This document shows, in pieces, positions 19,980-30,040 of a DNA stretch of 64,000 nt. The notes below the pieces were generated by a model, which was given only the letters and a program-made list of their open reading frames with translations, was not told where the DNA came from and did no database searches. The position numbers and the translations under genes were made by a program. The DNA comes from Candidatus Dormiibacterota bacterium (lineage in GTDB: Bacteria; Chloroflexota; Dormibacteria; Aeolococcales; Aeolococcaceae): contig OY970355.1 in the NCBI GenBank assembly GCA_963718525.1, positions 2,720,001-2,784,000 of the forward strand, in the 5' to 3' direction. Positions within the stretch are counted from its first letter, which is position 1, and the number at the start of each line of letters is the position of its first letter.

Positions 19980-22253
19980 ATGACGGGGCAAGCGACCGTT
20001 CCGGCAGCGAGGGAGGTCGCGCCGTCTTCGCCGCGCGGATCACCAGACGCGCGATCGGACGTTCGCCGCGTCGCCCTGCATCGCGCAGTGCGCGCAGCGG
20101 TGGTCAACCCGTTGGTATTCGCGGTGACCCTGCTCGTCTTTCGCGACCTGCAGATTGCGACGTTCGCCGTCTTCGGTTGCTTCGGATTACTGGTCATGGC
20201 GGATTTCGGCGGCCCGCGGCGCCCGCGTGCCGCTGCGTACGCTGGAGCGGCGCTCGCAGGTGCGGTGCTCGTAGCGCTCGGAACGGCTGTCTCGCTCATT
20301 CCCGCTGCGGCTGCCGCGGTCATGCTCGTTGTCGGCTTCGTTATCTCATTCGCCAGCGTCTTCGGCGGATATGTCGCGGCCGCGCAGACAGCGCTGCTCC
20401 TTGCGTTCGTACTCGCGGCGTCCGTTGCTGCACCGGCCTCGACGATTCCAACCCGTCTTGCGGGATGGGCGCTCGCCGCAGCGGTCTCGACCGTCGCGGG
20501 CGTGTTCTTCTGGCCCTGGTTTGAGCACGCCGCGATGCGCAGGCGGGCCGCGGACGCGTGCCTTGCCCTGGCAGACCTGGTTGCGGCGGTGCGACACAGT
20601 GCTCCCGACCTCCAGGTTGAGGCATTCAAAGCGAGGGCGCGCGCCGAGGTGTCGGCAGTCCGCCAGGCATACGCGCACACCGGCATGCGGCCAGCCGGAC
20701 CGACCCGCCGGGACCGTGCCTTCGTCGAGCTCGTCACCCAGCTCGACCAGGTGGTCACGCTCACGGAGCGGCCGCTTCACCAGCAGCGTCGGTCGCAGCG
20801 CCCCTGCATCAAGGAGGGAGACCGTCTGGCATCGGTGGTGGTCGTTACGTTGCGGGCGGATGCTGCCGTGCTCACGGGTGGCCCTCCCCCGTCAGTACGC
20901 GACCTCGAGGACGCACGCCGCGCGCATCGTTTGGCGCTCGACCGCTGGGCTGCCGCCGAGCTGAACGCTGGGCGATCACCGGAGGAGGTGCTCGAGGGCA
21001 TCGACGTTGACCACACCCTTCGCGTCATCGCGTATCTCACCATCGCCTTGAGCACCAATGCCGTGATCGCCGCGGGTGGCCGGCCCGATGAAGGATTGAC
21101 GCTGCCGGCCGGAACGCCGCGCCTCGAAGGAACCCGTGGCATCGCCGTCCGCACCCTGGGAACGCTGCGCACGCACCTCGCGCCGAGCTCGACCGTCCTG
21201 CACAGCAGCGCGCGTGTCGCCGTCGGACTGGCGGTGTCCGTGCTCCTGGCGCGAGTCCTCGGGGTTGAGCATGCGTTCTGGGTGGTGCTGGGCGCCCTCT
21301 CCGTCCTCCGCTCGAATGCGCTCGCAACCGGACGGACCACCGTACAGGCCCTGATGGGCAGTGTCGTCGGGTTCGTGGTCGGCGGCCTGTTCGCGAGCGT
21401 CGCCGGAAACAATCCGGTCCTGATGTGGCTCGCGATGCCGATCGCGATCTTCGTTGCCTCGTACGCGGCGAGTGCCATCGGATTCATGGCCGGCCAGGCG
21501 GGGTTCACCGTCATGGTGATCATCGTCTTCAACCTCATCTCCCCCGCCGGGTGGCGGGTGGGACTTGTTCGGATCGAGGATGTGGCGCTCGGCACGGGGA
21601 TCAGCCTCGTCGCCGGCCTGCTGCTCTGGCCGCGAGGAGCGCGTCGCGACCTTGCGCGCGCAACCGCCGGGGAGTATCGAGCTGTCCGCGTCTACCTCGA
21701 CCAGGCGTTTCAGCTCGTGCTTGGGCGCGATGCGTCGGACGACGTCACCGGGATTCGAGCCGCCGCAGTTCGGGCTCGTGATCGCGCAGGCGAAGCCTTC
21801 GACGCGTTTCTCAGTGAACGGGGCGCCAAGCCGCTCGATGCCGACGCCGCCGCCCGTCTCGTGTCTGCTGGAGGCCAGGCGTTGCTGGCGGGCGACCTGC
21901 TCGTGGTGGTGGCAACCGACCTCGGCTATCGAGCGGATGCGTGTCCCGAGAGTGTCGCCACGGTCGAGGCGCAGGTGCATTCGCTGCTGACCAGTGTCAA
22001 CCTTCTCGCTAATCAGCTCGCTGGTGAGCGCGACGACGACGATCGCCGCATTCCACATCCGTCATCGGAGCTCTTGCGTGCTGCAGCACTGGACTGCATG
22101 CGCCGTTCGGGGAGCGATCAACGGGCGACGCGCGGTGCGATGGCGGTGGTGATTGCGTCGGAGTGGGTCGAGAATCTCGCGCGCACGGAGGCGGATCTTC
22201 ATGGTCCTGTTGAAGCGGCAGCTGCGGCTGCTCGGATTCGTTGGTGGCGATGA
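19980..22253 (+). CDS. FUSC family membrane protein
   Basis: Two hydrophobic blocks separated by a helical domain; HAFWVVLGALSVLRSNA and RIEDVALG. Confidence 0.85.
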   Translation: MTGQATVPAAREVAPSSPRGSPDARSDVRRVALHRAVRAAVVNPLVFAVTLLVFRDLQIATFAVFGCFGLLVMADFGGPRRPRAAAYAGAALAGAVLVALGTAVSLIPAAAAAVMLVVGFVISFASVFGGYVAAAQTALLLAFVLAASVAAPASTIPTRLAGWALAAAVSTVAGVFFWPWFEHAAMRRRAADACLALADLVAAVRHSAPDLQVEAFKARARAEVSAVRQAYAHTGMRPAGPTRRDRAFVELVTQLDQVVTLTERPLHQQRRSQRPCIKEGDRLASVVVVTLRADAAVLTGGPPPSVRDLEDARRAHRLALDRWAAAELNAGRSPEEVLEGIDVDHTLRVIAYLTIALSTNAVIAAGGRPDEGLTLPAGTPRLEGTRGIAVRTLGTLRTHLAPSSTVLHSSARVAVGLAVSVLLARVLGVEHAFWVVLGALSVLRSNALATGRTTVQALMGSVVGFVVGGLFASVAGNNPVLMWLAMPIAIFVASYAASAIGFMAGQAGFTVMVIIVFNLISPAGWRVGLVRIEDVALGTGISLVAGLLLWPRGARRDLARATAGEYRAVRVYLDQAFQLVLGRDASDDVTGIRAAAVRARDRAGEAFDAFLSERGAKPLDADAAARLVSAGGQALLAGDLLVVVATDLGYRADACPESVATVEAQVHSLLTSVNLLANQLAGERDDDDRRIPHPSSELLRAAALDCMRRSGSDQRATRGAMAVVIASEWVENLARTEADLHGPVEAAAAAARIRWWR

Positions 22254-22281
22254 CGGTGCAAACCATTCCGGAGGTGGATGA

Positions 22282-23121
22282 ATGACGACCTCGGTTGCGA
22301 TCCTGGGTACGGGCAAGATGGGCGGCGCGATGGCGCGCCGGCTCGCGTCCTCGGGGTTTGACATGATCCTGTGGAATCGCACGGCTGCAAGGGCACAGGA
22401 GCTCGGCATCGGTCGCGTCGTCGCCACACCGGCCGACGCGGCCCGCGATGCCGACGTGGTGATCAGCAGCCTGACCAACGAGTTGGCTGTCCGCGAGGTC
22501 TACCTCAGCGGCGACGGCGTCTTGCGGAACGGCTCTGGAAAACTCCTCATCGAGGCGAGCACCGCGGGCCCCCGAATCGCCGAAGAGCTCGGTCCCGATG
22601 CACGGGCCGCCGGAGCGCGCTTCCTCGAAGCGCCGGTGGTCGGCAGCGTTCCCGCGGTGGAGAGCGGGAAGCTGCTGATTCTCGCGGCAGGCGATCCGGC
22701 GGACGTTGAAGACGCTCGGCCGGTGCTCGAGCACCTCGGTGACATCGTTTACGCCGGGCCGTGGGGCAATGGCCAGCGGTTGAAGCTGATCGCCAACAGC
22801 ATGCTGGGCATCGTCAGCGCCGCAGCCGCGGAGTTGCTTGCCGCCGGAACGGCCGCGGGTCTCGAGCGTGCCCAGGTCTTTTCGGTGCTCGCGCGCTTTG
22901 CGCCGGGGCTCTCGGCGCGCGAACGCGGATTCCTCCAGGACCAGCACACCCCCACGATGTTCGCGGTGCGCGACCTGGTCAAGGACCTGGATCTCGCACT
23001 GGAAACCTTCGGCGGCGCGATGCCGCTCGCACACCAGGCGCGCGAAGCGTTCGCGGAAACCAGGCAGCGCTCGCCGGATCTCGATATCTCAGCCGTCGTG
23101 ACCCTGTATGAGCAACGGTGA
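22282..23121 (+). CDS. NAD(P)-dependent beta-hydroxyacid dehydrogenase family protein
   Basis: GTGKMG, WNRT, EAPVVGS, KLIAN and KDLDLA motifs. Confidence 0.88.
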   Translation: MTTSVAILGTGKMGGAMARRLASSGFDMILWNRTAARAQELGIGRVVATPADAARDADVVISSLTNELAVREVYLSGDGVLRNGSGKLLIEASTAGPRIAEELGPDARAAGARFLEAPVVGSVPAVESGKLLILAAGDPADVEDARPVLEHLGDIVYAGPWGNGQRLKLIANSMLGIVSAAAAELLAAGTAAGLERAQVFSVLARFAPGLSARERGFLQDQHTPTMFAVRDLVKDLDLALETFGGAMPLAHQAREAFAETRQRSPDLDISAVVTLYEQR

Positions 23122-24454
23122 CCTGAGGGATTGGCGGTTCGGGAGACACGCCGCGTGAGCCAAGGGCGAACAGCAGCATGAATGCGACGACGTAATAGAA
23201 GTTGAACCGCGCATACGAGGCGAACGCGGTTGACACAAGGAACAGGAACGCCGAAGCAACGCAGAGATCGGCGACGTCCCGAGGCCGCAGCAGCAGCACT
23301 GCGAGGCTGGCTGCGCCGACCGCGGCTGGAAAGATCCATCCCGGCAGTGGCGCTCCGCCGCTGTTGTGAACGATCGCCCCCACAGTGAGGCCGTCGTAGT
23401 AGGCGGGTTCCCAGAAGTGACGCACCAACGTCGCGAACGCAACCGCCGGGATGCCGACTCCGATGCTGCAGATCAGCATGATGGTCAGAGCCAGGGCGCT
23501 GCCCGCGACGATCCGCACGCGCCAGGAGGGCGACCAGACGAAGAACGGCAGGAAGAGCACCAGCGCGGTGGGTTTGACCAGCAGGCACGCTGCGATGGCA
23601 ACCACGGTCCAGACGGCATGGCGCTTGTGGAGCGCGAGGCCGATGCCGAACGTCACCACCATCAATGTCTCGGGCCACGCGGTGACCACCATCGACGGCG
23701 CAAGCGGCAACGCGACAGCAAGCACCAGCAGGAATCGCCTGCTGAGCGGCGAGAGCTTTCCCTGCCGCGCAACGATGAACACGACGACGACGGCGGCGAT
23801 TCCCCACAGCACCGACGCAACTCGGATGTCCCCCACCAATGCTCCGGGAAGTGACGCGACGGCCACCACCGGTCCGTAGGGCAGATGCTCGGGACCGATC
23901 ACGACGACGCTGGGCGCGATGGGAACGCGGTCGTAGATCGTCGCGCTGTACGGATTGCCGCCGTGCAGCAGACTGAGTGCGCCGGCTGTCTCGATGTAGA
24001 AGACATCGAAGAGCCCGTGTCCCCAGTGCCATGGCACCACCGATGCGGCCACCGACGCAGCGGCTGCCAGAGCGATGCCAGTGCGAAAGCGCCATCGCAA
24101 TGCAATCACGACGCCGATCACGACCGCGGCGGCGAAGATGACCTGGGGTCCGCCGAAGAGATCCGCGTTGAAAAAGAATGCGAGGGCACAGCAGGCGATT
24201 GCCGCGACCCAGGTGGGTTTCGATGGCTCGGCGGCCACCATCGATCGAGCGGTGAGGAGCAGCGCGCCGGCGATCGCCAGCAGCAGCAGCGCCGCAGGAT
24301 TTGCTGACCCCGCGCTGATCATCAACGCAACGACGATCGCGACCGTTCCCAGCAGGGTGGCATCGCCGGAGCCGAACGACAGGCGTGTGGCGCTGCGCGT
24401 CCCTCTCAGCGTCGCAGCCCAGCGTGTCGAGGATGGCGTGGTAACTCTCGACAC
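22979..24454 (-). CDS. GT-C fold (GT87-like) integral membrane glycosyltransferase
   Basis: Multi-TM; DVF...LLHGGNPYS, PYGP and VK motifs. The start is uncertain and the 3' end overlaps the convergent gene by 143 nt. Confidence 0.6.
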   Translation of the reverse strand: MSRVTTPSSTRWAATLRGTRSATRLSFGSGDATLLGTVAIVVALMISAGSANPAALLLLAIAGALLLTARSMVAAEPSKPTWVAAIACCALAFFFNADLFGGPQVIFAAAVVIGVVIALRWRFRTGIALAAAASVAASVVPWHWGHGLFDVFYIETAGALSLLHGGNPYSATIYDRVPIAPSVVVIGPEHLPYGPVVAVASLPGALVGDIRVASVLWGIAAVVVVFIVARQGKLSPLSRRFLLVLAVALPLAPSMVVTAWPETLMVVTFGIGLALHKRHAVWTVVAIAACLLVKPTALVLFLPFFVWSPSWRVRIVAGSALALTIMLICSIGVGIPAVAFATLVRHFWEPAYYDGLTVGAIVHNSGGAPLPGWIFPAAVGAASLAVLLLRPRDVADLCVASAFLFLVSTAFASYARFNFYYVVAFMLLFALGSRGVSPEPPIPQVTVAHTGSRRLRYRDPASAAWFPRTLRAPGVRAASRRRRFPVRDPGP

Positions 24455-24660
24455 TCGCCCCACCCTAGAGGGGAGTCGAGTCGCAATCCGGCCCGTTACG
24501 GAGCCGAGTCGCTTCCCGCTCCCTCCTTGGGCGGTGGCCTTCGGAGGCGTAGACGCTGCGAATCCGGCAGACCCATCGGTCAGCGAGGTTCTGCACTCCC
24601 GTTGAGCGACCCAACTCTCTCTTTGGCGATCGGCTCCGGCGGGACGATCACTCGGCGTCC

Positions 24661-25446
24661 ATGGATGACGACACGTCGACACCAGACAGCCGCCCGATTG
24701 ACGTGCGATGGCGCCTTGACGGGCGGGTCGCGCTGGTGACCGGCGCCTCGGCCGGCCTCGGAGCGCGCTTCGTGCGCGTGCTGCACACGGCTGGAGCGAC
24801 CGTGCTCGTGACCGCCCGCCGGGGCGAGCGCCTCGACGAGCTCGCCTCGGAGTGCGGCGAGCGTGTCGAGACGATGGCCGGAGACATCACCGACGCTCGC
24901 CACCGCGAGGCGCTCGCGGGGCGTCTCCAGTCTTATGGCCGGCTCGATGTTTTGGTCAACAACGCCGGTATCTGTGATGACGGCCCCATCGAGGAACAGT
25001 CGCTCGACGATCTGCGCCAGGTCATCGAGGTGAATCTCATCAGCGTCATGGATCTCTGCCGGGTGATGGCCCCCTTGCTGCTGGCCTCCCCGGTGGCGAG
25101 CGTGGTGAACATCGCATCCATGTACGGCGTTGTCGCATCTCGCGGGCCGATGGCGGCTTACAACGCCACAAAGGGTGCCGTCGTTAACCTCACGCGGTCG
25201 CTGGCGGCTCAGTGGGGCGGTCGCGGAGTGAGAGTCAATGCCCTGGCGCCGGGCTACTTCCCTTCGGAGATGACTGGCTTCCTGGCCGATGAAGACTTTG
25301 CGCAATCCATCCGCGATCGCACCCTCCTTGGGCGAACGCCGGCTCTGGAGGAGATCGACGGCCCGCTACTGTTTCTTGCCTCCGACGCGTCGAGCTACAT
25401 GACCGGGCATGTGCTTCTCGTTGACGGCGGTTGGACTGCGGTCTGA
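24661..25446 (+). CDS. SDR family oxidoreductase
   Basis: TGASAGLG, NNAG, YNATK and VDGG motifs. Confidence 0.92.
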   Translation: MDDDTSTPDSRPIDVRWRLDGRVALVTGASAGLGARFVRVLHTAGATVLVTARRGERLDELASECGERVETMAGDITDARHREALAGRLQSYGRLDVLVNNAGICDDGPIEEQSLDDLRQVIEVNLISVMDLCRVMAPLLLASPVASVVNIASMYGVVASRGPMAAYNATKGAVVNLTRSLAAQWGGRGVRVNALAPGYFPSEMTGFLADEDFAQSIRDRTLLGRTPALEEIDGPLLFLASDASSYMTGHVLLVDGGWTAV

Positions 25447-25499
25447 CGTTCCGGCATCAGCTGCCCGGGATTACCCTGAACGGGAATGCTCACAAGAAG

Positions 25500-25946
25500 A
25501 TGCCGATGAGACGGCGGTCGACCGTGGTCGGCGTCACAGGACTCGCTCTCGCCGCCGCGGCAATCCTCGCCGCACATGCGCTCGGAGCCGGTAGCGGACC
25601 CGTCTGCCCCAGGTCAACCGACGCCAATTGGAATCCCTATGACGGGACCGTGGCCCAGGCACGAGCGTGCGGCCTGACCGTATATCCGCTGACCGCGACC
25701 ACAGTGCTCCCCGATCGTGGCACGCGCTACGTATACCAAGGACCCGGCCACACCACCATCACCCGAAATGCTCCGCCACCAGGATTCAACCCGCTCAGCG
25801 CTAGCGCGGCCGAACTGGCGTTATATAGCCTCCCACCCGAACCGCCCGTGACCAATCCGATAGCGCGCACACACTGGCTCACCGAGGTGAAGAGCATCAA
25901 GACGTGGGTTCCGCCGACCTCCTTCCTGTATACGTCGGCCGGCTGA
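25500..25946 (+). CDS. secreted hypothetical protein
   Basis: Signal peptide followed by PPPGFNPLSASAAELALYSLPPEP. Confidence 0.6.
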   Translation: MPMRRRSTVVGVTGLALAAAAILAAHALGAGSGPVCPRSTDANWNPYDGTVAQARACGLTVYPLTATTVLPDRGTRYVYQGPGHTTITRNAPPPGFNPLSASAAELALYSLPPEPPVTNPIARTHWLTEVKSIKTWVPPTSFLYTSAG

Positions 25947-25966
25947 ATATTTCCTGTTCGGTCGGA

Positions 25967-26317
25967 TCAATAGGCGTCGACGAAGTCACGGAGCCGCTGC
26001 CATTCGGCTATGCCTGAAGGAAGGTCTGCCTTGACACACTCCGGAGTATCGCTGTCGAGCAACTCTCGATACCTGCCAAGCGTGTGGTCGGCAGCCTTCC
26101 GCACCGATTCGAGTGACACCGCCGGCGGCGTCATTCGGTCAGTGGCCGCCGCTACGCCCGACGCGAGGAATTGCAGGGCGGCACTCCAACACTGAATCTC
26201 CGCCATCACCTCATCGATGTGTTCACGCGTGGGGCTGTTTTCCTTGGTCCATGTCAGCATGTCCTGCGCACCCTCCAGACAATCCTCGAGCCACGACTCT
26301 GGCCCGACATCAGTCAC
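25967..26317 (-). CDS. hypothetical protein
   Basis: 116-aa ORF with protein-like helical composition; no recognised motif. Confidence 0.45.
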   Translation of the reverse strand: MTDVGPESWLEDCLEGAQDMLTWTKENSPTREHIDEVMAEIQCWSAALQFLASGVAAATDRMTPPAVSLESVRKAADHTLGRYRELLDSDTPECVKADLPSGIAEWQRLRDFVDAY

Positions 26318-26440
26318 TGCGCGCTCGCCACACGACCAGGAGATCGCGAGCCTGAAGGTGCGTCAGCGGCCCGAACTCTCCCGTGACCGGATCACGCCGG
26401 CTCGACAGGAAGGAGTTCACCTGAACTGGAAAGATCGGGC

Positions 26441-26488
26441 TGGAGCGGGAGACGAGGCTCGAACTCGCGACCCCTACCTTGGCAAGGT
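26441..26488 (-). repeat. att site: 48-bp duplicate of the tRNA-Gly 3' part
   Basis: TGGAGCGGGAGACGAGGCTCGAACTCGCGACCCCTACCTTGGCAAGGT is identical to 33430-33477. Confidence 0.95.
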
Positions 26489-26870
26489 CCGGATCCAAAT
26501 CCGAATACGCGAGGGCCAGAAAATGGCCTTGCGGCGCCTACTTCCCGCTGGATCGATGCTTTTCGACGCGGAGCTACGGCGGTTGACGTCAAGCGACGAC
26601 GACCTGACAGTGATCGAGTGAGGGCACACTCGCGTGGTCGAGGGGAACCTCACCTGGTGGCCTCTACACAACCCGGCCCGTCGATGCGTAAGTCCGCTGC
26701 CCCGATTGATACCAGGGAACCATCTCGAGGGTGGACGGTCCCACTCGGGCACGAGGAGAGCTGATATCCCAGTCTCGAGAGCCAGCGATCGATCGTCAGA
26801 TCCACGCTGCCTTGGGCGATCATTTCACTGACACTCCCATGCGAGACGACATCTACGCGATTCGCTCGAC

Positions 26871-27494
26871 GTGATCATCGATCACGTCATTTTCGTTGTC
26901 CGCGATCCGGTCAAGGCTGCCCAGGACTTGTACGACCGGCATGGCTTGGGGTCCGAGCGTGGCGATTACCACACGTTCTCAGGAACCCGAAATTGGAGCG
27001 TGCCGCTGGCGCCGCCTACATATCTCGAACTCCTGTCAATCGAGGATCGCACGGTCGCGGCAGGTTCGAAGGCTGGACAAGAGGTCATGGCATTTGAGGC
27101 GGCCGGAGGAGGCTTGATGACATGGGCGGTCCTGGTGGCGGACGTTACGGTCGTATCCAGGCGGCTGGGGATCGACATCTTCGACTACACCATTACCGAC
27201 GACAGTGGGACGCTTCGCGGGTGGAGGGCAGTCACCGGACCACGGCATCTGCCGTTCTTCATCGATTGGCCGAATAGCGAGGGGCGCCTGCGCCGCTGGG
27301 AACAGAAATACCAGCGGGTCGGGCACACCTCGGCTCCGATTGCGTTCTCCGGTCTCACCATCAGCGGATCAGCGAGTGAGATGTGGGAGTGGCTGGGCCC
27401 CCACGACCTGCCGTTGCGTTTCGTCGACGGCACTGACGGTCTCATTGAGGCTCGCATCGCCACCGCCGCTGGCGGCGAGATTGTGATTGCCTAG
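26871..27494 (+). CDS. VOC/glyoxalase-like family protein
   Basis: IDHVIFVVRD, H..SGTRN, YLELL and LPFFIDW (Glyoxalase_3-like). Confidence 0.8.
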   Translation: MIIDHVIFVVRDPVKAAQDLYDRHGLGSERGDYHTFSGTRNWSVPLAPPTYLELLSIEDRTVAAGSKAGQEVMAFEAAGGGLMTWAVLVADVTVVSRRLGIDIFDYTITDDSGTLRGWRAVTGPRHLPFFIDWPNSEGRLRRWEQKYQRVGHTSAPIAFSGLTISGSASEMWEWLGPHDLPLRFVDGTDGLIEARIATAAGGEIVIA

Positions 27495-27583
27495 CTCGGG
27501 AGCCCGTCGTCTGGCGACATTCACCGATGCTGGCCTGCGCGCGACTGCTCTACCCTGGGGTGATCGTGAGCGTTGACGGACGG

Positions 27584-27937
27584 ATGGACATTGACCCCGA
27601 TAACCACGTGCCTTTAGCGCCATTACCGCTCGGAGAGAGGCAACCTCCGGGTCGAAACCCGCCAGCACCGCCCGGTACGGGCGAGGGGGGGCAGCCGGGC
27701 AACCCCGGACGCAACCGCAGCCCTCTCGAGGAGCTCATATACACCGCGAAGATGCGCGGCTATCTGTACAAGTCAGAACTCGCGGCATTCCTTGAAGTCG
27801 TGGACGAGCAAGCTGCGGTGTTGCCGCATCTGGGCCTTTGGCAAGACTTGACAGGTGCCCCGGTGCGCCGAAAAGAAGCAATTAAGTCCATGGCTCGCTG
27901 GCTACGCGAATTGGGGATAAAGGTCAGGCGCGGCTGA
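27584..27937 (+). CDS. hypothetical protein with sigma-70 region 1.1-like domain
   Basis: Pro/Gly-rich N-terminus, then LEELIYTAKMRGYLYKSEL...LRELGIKV. Confidence 0.5.
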   Translation: MDIDPDNHVPLAPLPLGERQPPGRNPPAPPGTGEGGQPGNPGRNRSPLEELIYTAKMRGYLYKSELAAFLEVVDEQAAVLPHLGLWQDLTGAPVRRKEAIKSMARWLRELGIKVRRG

Positions 27938-28208
27938 GCTGCCTACCACTAGAAGAAAACTCCCCGCTCGGTGTATACGCGGGTCAACTCGAGTAGATAT
28001 TGGCGGATGCTGGCCCGGTCGAGGTTATTAGCCGTTGAATGGGATCGGCCGTCTCGGGTGGCGCCAACCCCCCGAACATATGTGCTGGAGGCGGCGCAAG
28101 AGCGCTAGAATGCCCCAGCACCTCCGACTGCTGAGGACCTCATGTGCAGCCGGCCTGCGATCAAACGCCACTGCCCGCGAACGGTCCTTGCGGTAGCGGA
28201 GAGACTCG

Positions 28209-28688
28209 ATGACGGACGCCGAAGAGATCGTATCGATCCTCATTGATGAGGCCCGAGCACAGATTGCATTGCAGTCGTCAAATGCTGACAGCCACGACAC
28301 CAAGGCGCTCGCGCTACTCGGAGCGGACATCGCGGCAGGACTGGCGGTCATCAGCCTTCACGCCGTCCAAACTGCCAGCGTTCCGCCCAGCATATTCGAC
28401 CGCTATTGGTGGGTTCCGGTCGTTGGAGCCGCGTTCTCTGCAATAGCCTTCTCGTTCACGCTGTGGAACCGCGACTTCAGAATCGGTCCCGCCCCGGATA
28501 CCTTTTATGCGAACCACATTTTCCAGACGAGCTTCGCCGCCAAGTACGCCCTCCTCACTGATCTCAGCATCGCGATAACCTGGAACAACGGACGCGTCAG
28601 ATCTAAGGGTGGGGGATGGATTGTCGGAGCCTGTGGAATGGTCGCGACGGCTCTAGGTTGGCTCGTTATCTGGGCAGTGGTAAAGTGA
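28209..28688 (+). CDS. 3-TM membrane hypothetical protein
   Basis: GGAG RBS; DTKALALLG followed by 2 TM helices, a loop and a C-terminal TM helix. Confidence 0.7.
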   Translation: MTDAEEIVSILIDEARAQIALQSSNADSHDTKALALLGADIAAGLAVISLHAVQTASVPPSIFDRYWWVPVVGAAFSAIAFSFTLWNRDFRIGPAPDTFYANHIFQTSFAAKYALLTDLSIAITWNNGRVRSKGGGWIVGACGMVATALGWLVIWAVVK

Positions 28689-28708
28689 CCGAGTGACCGA
28701 TCACGCTG

Positions 28709-29020
28709 ATGAGCAAGAGCAGGTTTCGGCGCCCGCCGATGCCCAACAGGAGGCTCCGACGAGCCCTCCGCTGCAGCTCGGGACGGAGACCATCGACCCC
28801 TTCACCATCGCAAAAAGGGGCGATGTTGCGGGAGGAAGGGAGGTACGCGCCAGTGACTGACCACCCCGAGCAGCAACCGCGACCGTCAGCCCCGATGGAA
28901 CCGAAGCAAGAGACTCCGCCGAGCCCCCCGCCACGCCTCGGGACCGTGACCACTGATCCTTTCACCATCGTCAAGAAGGGTGCTGGACCAGATGGTGCGG
29001 AGAAGCGCCCCCGCGACTGA
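28709..29020 (+). CDS. proline-rich hypothetical protein
   Basis: Follows 28688 directly; the real start may be further downstream (e.g. VTDHPEQ, after GGAGG). Confidence 0.35.
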   Translation: MSKSRFRRPPMPNRRLRRALRCSSGRRPSTPSPSQKGAMLREEGRYAPVTDHPEQQPRPSAPMEPKQETPPSPPPRLGTVTTDPFTIVKKGAGPDGAEKRPRD

Positions 29021-29196
29021 CTCTCCGGATGTTGTGGGACACGATTCATCCAAGCCACCATTAGGAATTGATGCGCTGGAAGCCCGCCCGGCAGTCTGTC
29101 GAGGTACATTCCCAGATGCTCGCCTGCTGAACCATCGTGACGCTTGAGGCTGGAGAGCAAACAGCGGAGCACAAGGGTTCCCGCTCGAGCCGGCCA

Positions 29197-29460
29197 TCAT
29201 CCGACGCTGTGCGTTCGTGTCGATGGAAGCCGTGTGATCGCAAAAGAAAGGAGAAGCACCACCGTCGCTGCGCCCGCACCGAATAAGGCACATTGCCAGG
29301 TCGCGAAGGTCGGCTCCGGGGCAATGCCGCTATTACACATCGATGCCCCGTCCGGACACACGCTGCCCGGCAGCGACAAAAGGACGGCGGTCCAAAGACC
29401 AATCCCGATCCCCACGGGCGCCGAGCCCAATTGAAGGATCGTCATGGCGATGCGCCTCAT
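29197..29460 (-). CDS. small 2-TM membrane protein
   Basis: Two hydrophobic segments flanking a Cys-containing loop; sits between two 20-bp motif copies. Confidence 0.5.
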   Translation of the reverse strand: MRRIAMTILQLGSAPVGIGIGLWTAVLLSLPGSVCPDGASMCNSGIAPEPTFATWQCALFGAGAATVVLLLSFAITRLPSTRTHSVG

Positions 29461-29695
29461 GAACCGATGCTACTTTTTGACCTTCCCGGCGGCCCGGCAC
29501 GTCACCACCTGGTGACATCGGCAGACGTGGCCTCGGCTGTCATCACGCCCGGTCATTTGCTGAGCGCTTTGATGCTACTGCCGCCGCCCCTCGAGGGACA
29601 TTTGCGGATACTGGCCTGAGCGTCGTGCGTTACGCGTGAGCATCAGCCCACCGCGAGCTCCTGCGTTCGCCGGGACTCACCCCTAATGTGTCCTC

Positions 29696-30040
29696 ATGTC
29701 AAACGGCAAGGCGCCCATCCCTGGCTGGAACCCCGCGATCCCTCCTCGCTCGTCACATAAGCCGGCGTGGTGGGCCGCAGGCATCGTTTGCTGCTCACTC
29801 GCCGCCATCGTGTCGGAGGCGACCGCAGGCGGGATAGGTGAGGTGGCTCAGCCGGATCAAGCCGCTTGGGTTGCGATCTTCAAACTCCTTCCGATCCTGC
29901 CACCTGCGCTTGTCGTGATCGTGACTGGCGTCCGCTCGGCGCTTCGTGGACGAAGCACGTGGTCAACCGCTGGCGTCCCCAAGTTGCTGTTCTGGAGTAG
30001 CCTCGCCCTCCTTTGCGTCGCGATCCCAAAACCAGCCTGA
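29696..30040 (+). CDS. small 3-TM membrane protein
   Basis: Three hydrophobic segments; sits between two 20-bp motif copies. Confidence 0.55.
   Translation: MSNGKAPIPGWNPAIPPRSSHKPAWWAAGIVCCSLAAIVSEATAGGIGEVAQPDQAAWVAIFKLLPILPPALVVIVTGVRSALRGRSTWSTAGVPKLLFWSSLALLCVAIPKPA

Noticed and set aside
22979-23121. Convergent gene overlaps (also 59061-59142 and 49696-49742) as functional dual coding
   Set aside because: The overlapping tails are low-complexity extensions typical of stop-poor GC-rich DNA.
26441-26488. Second tRNA-Gly gene
   Set aside because: Only the 3' 48 nt are present; the D-arm and 5' acceptor strand are missing, so it is an att remnant.
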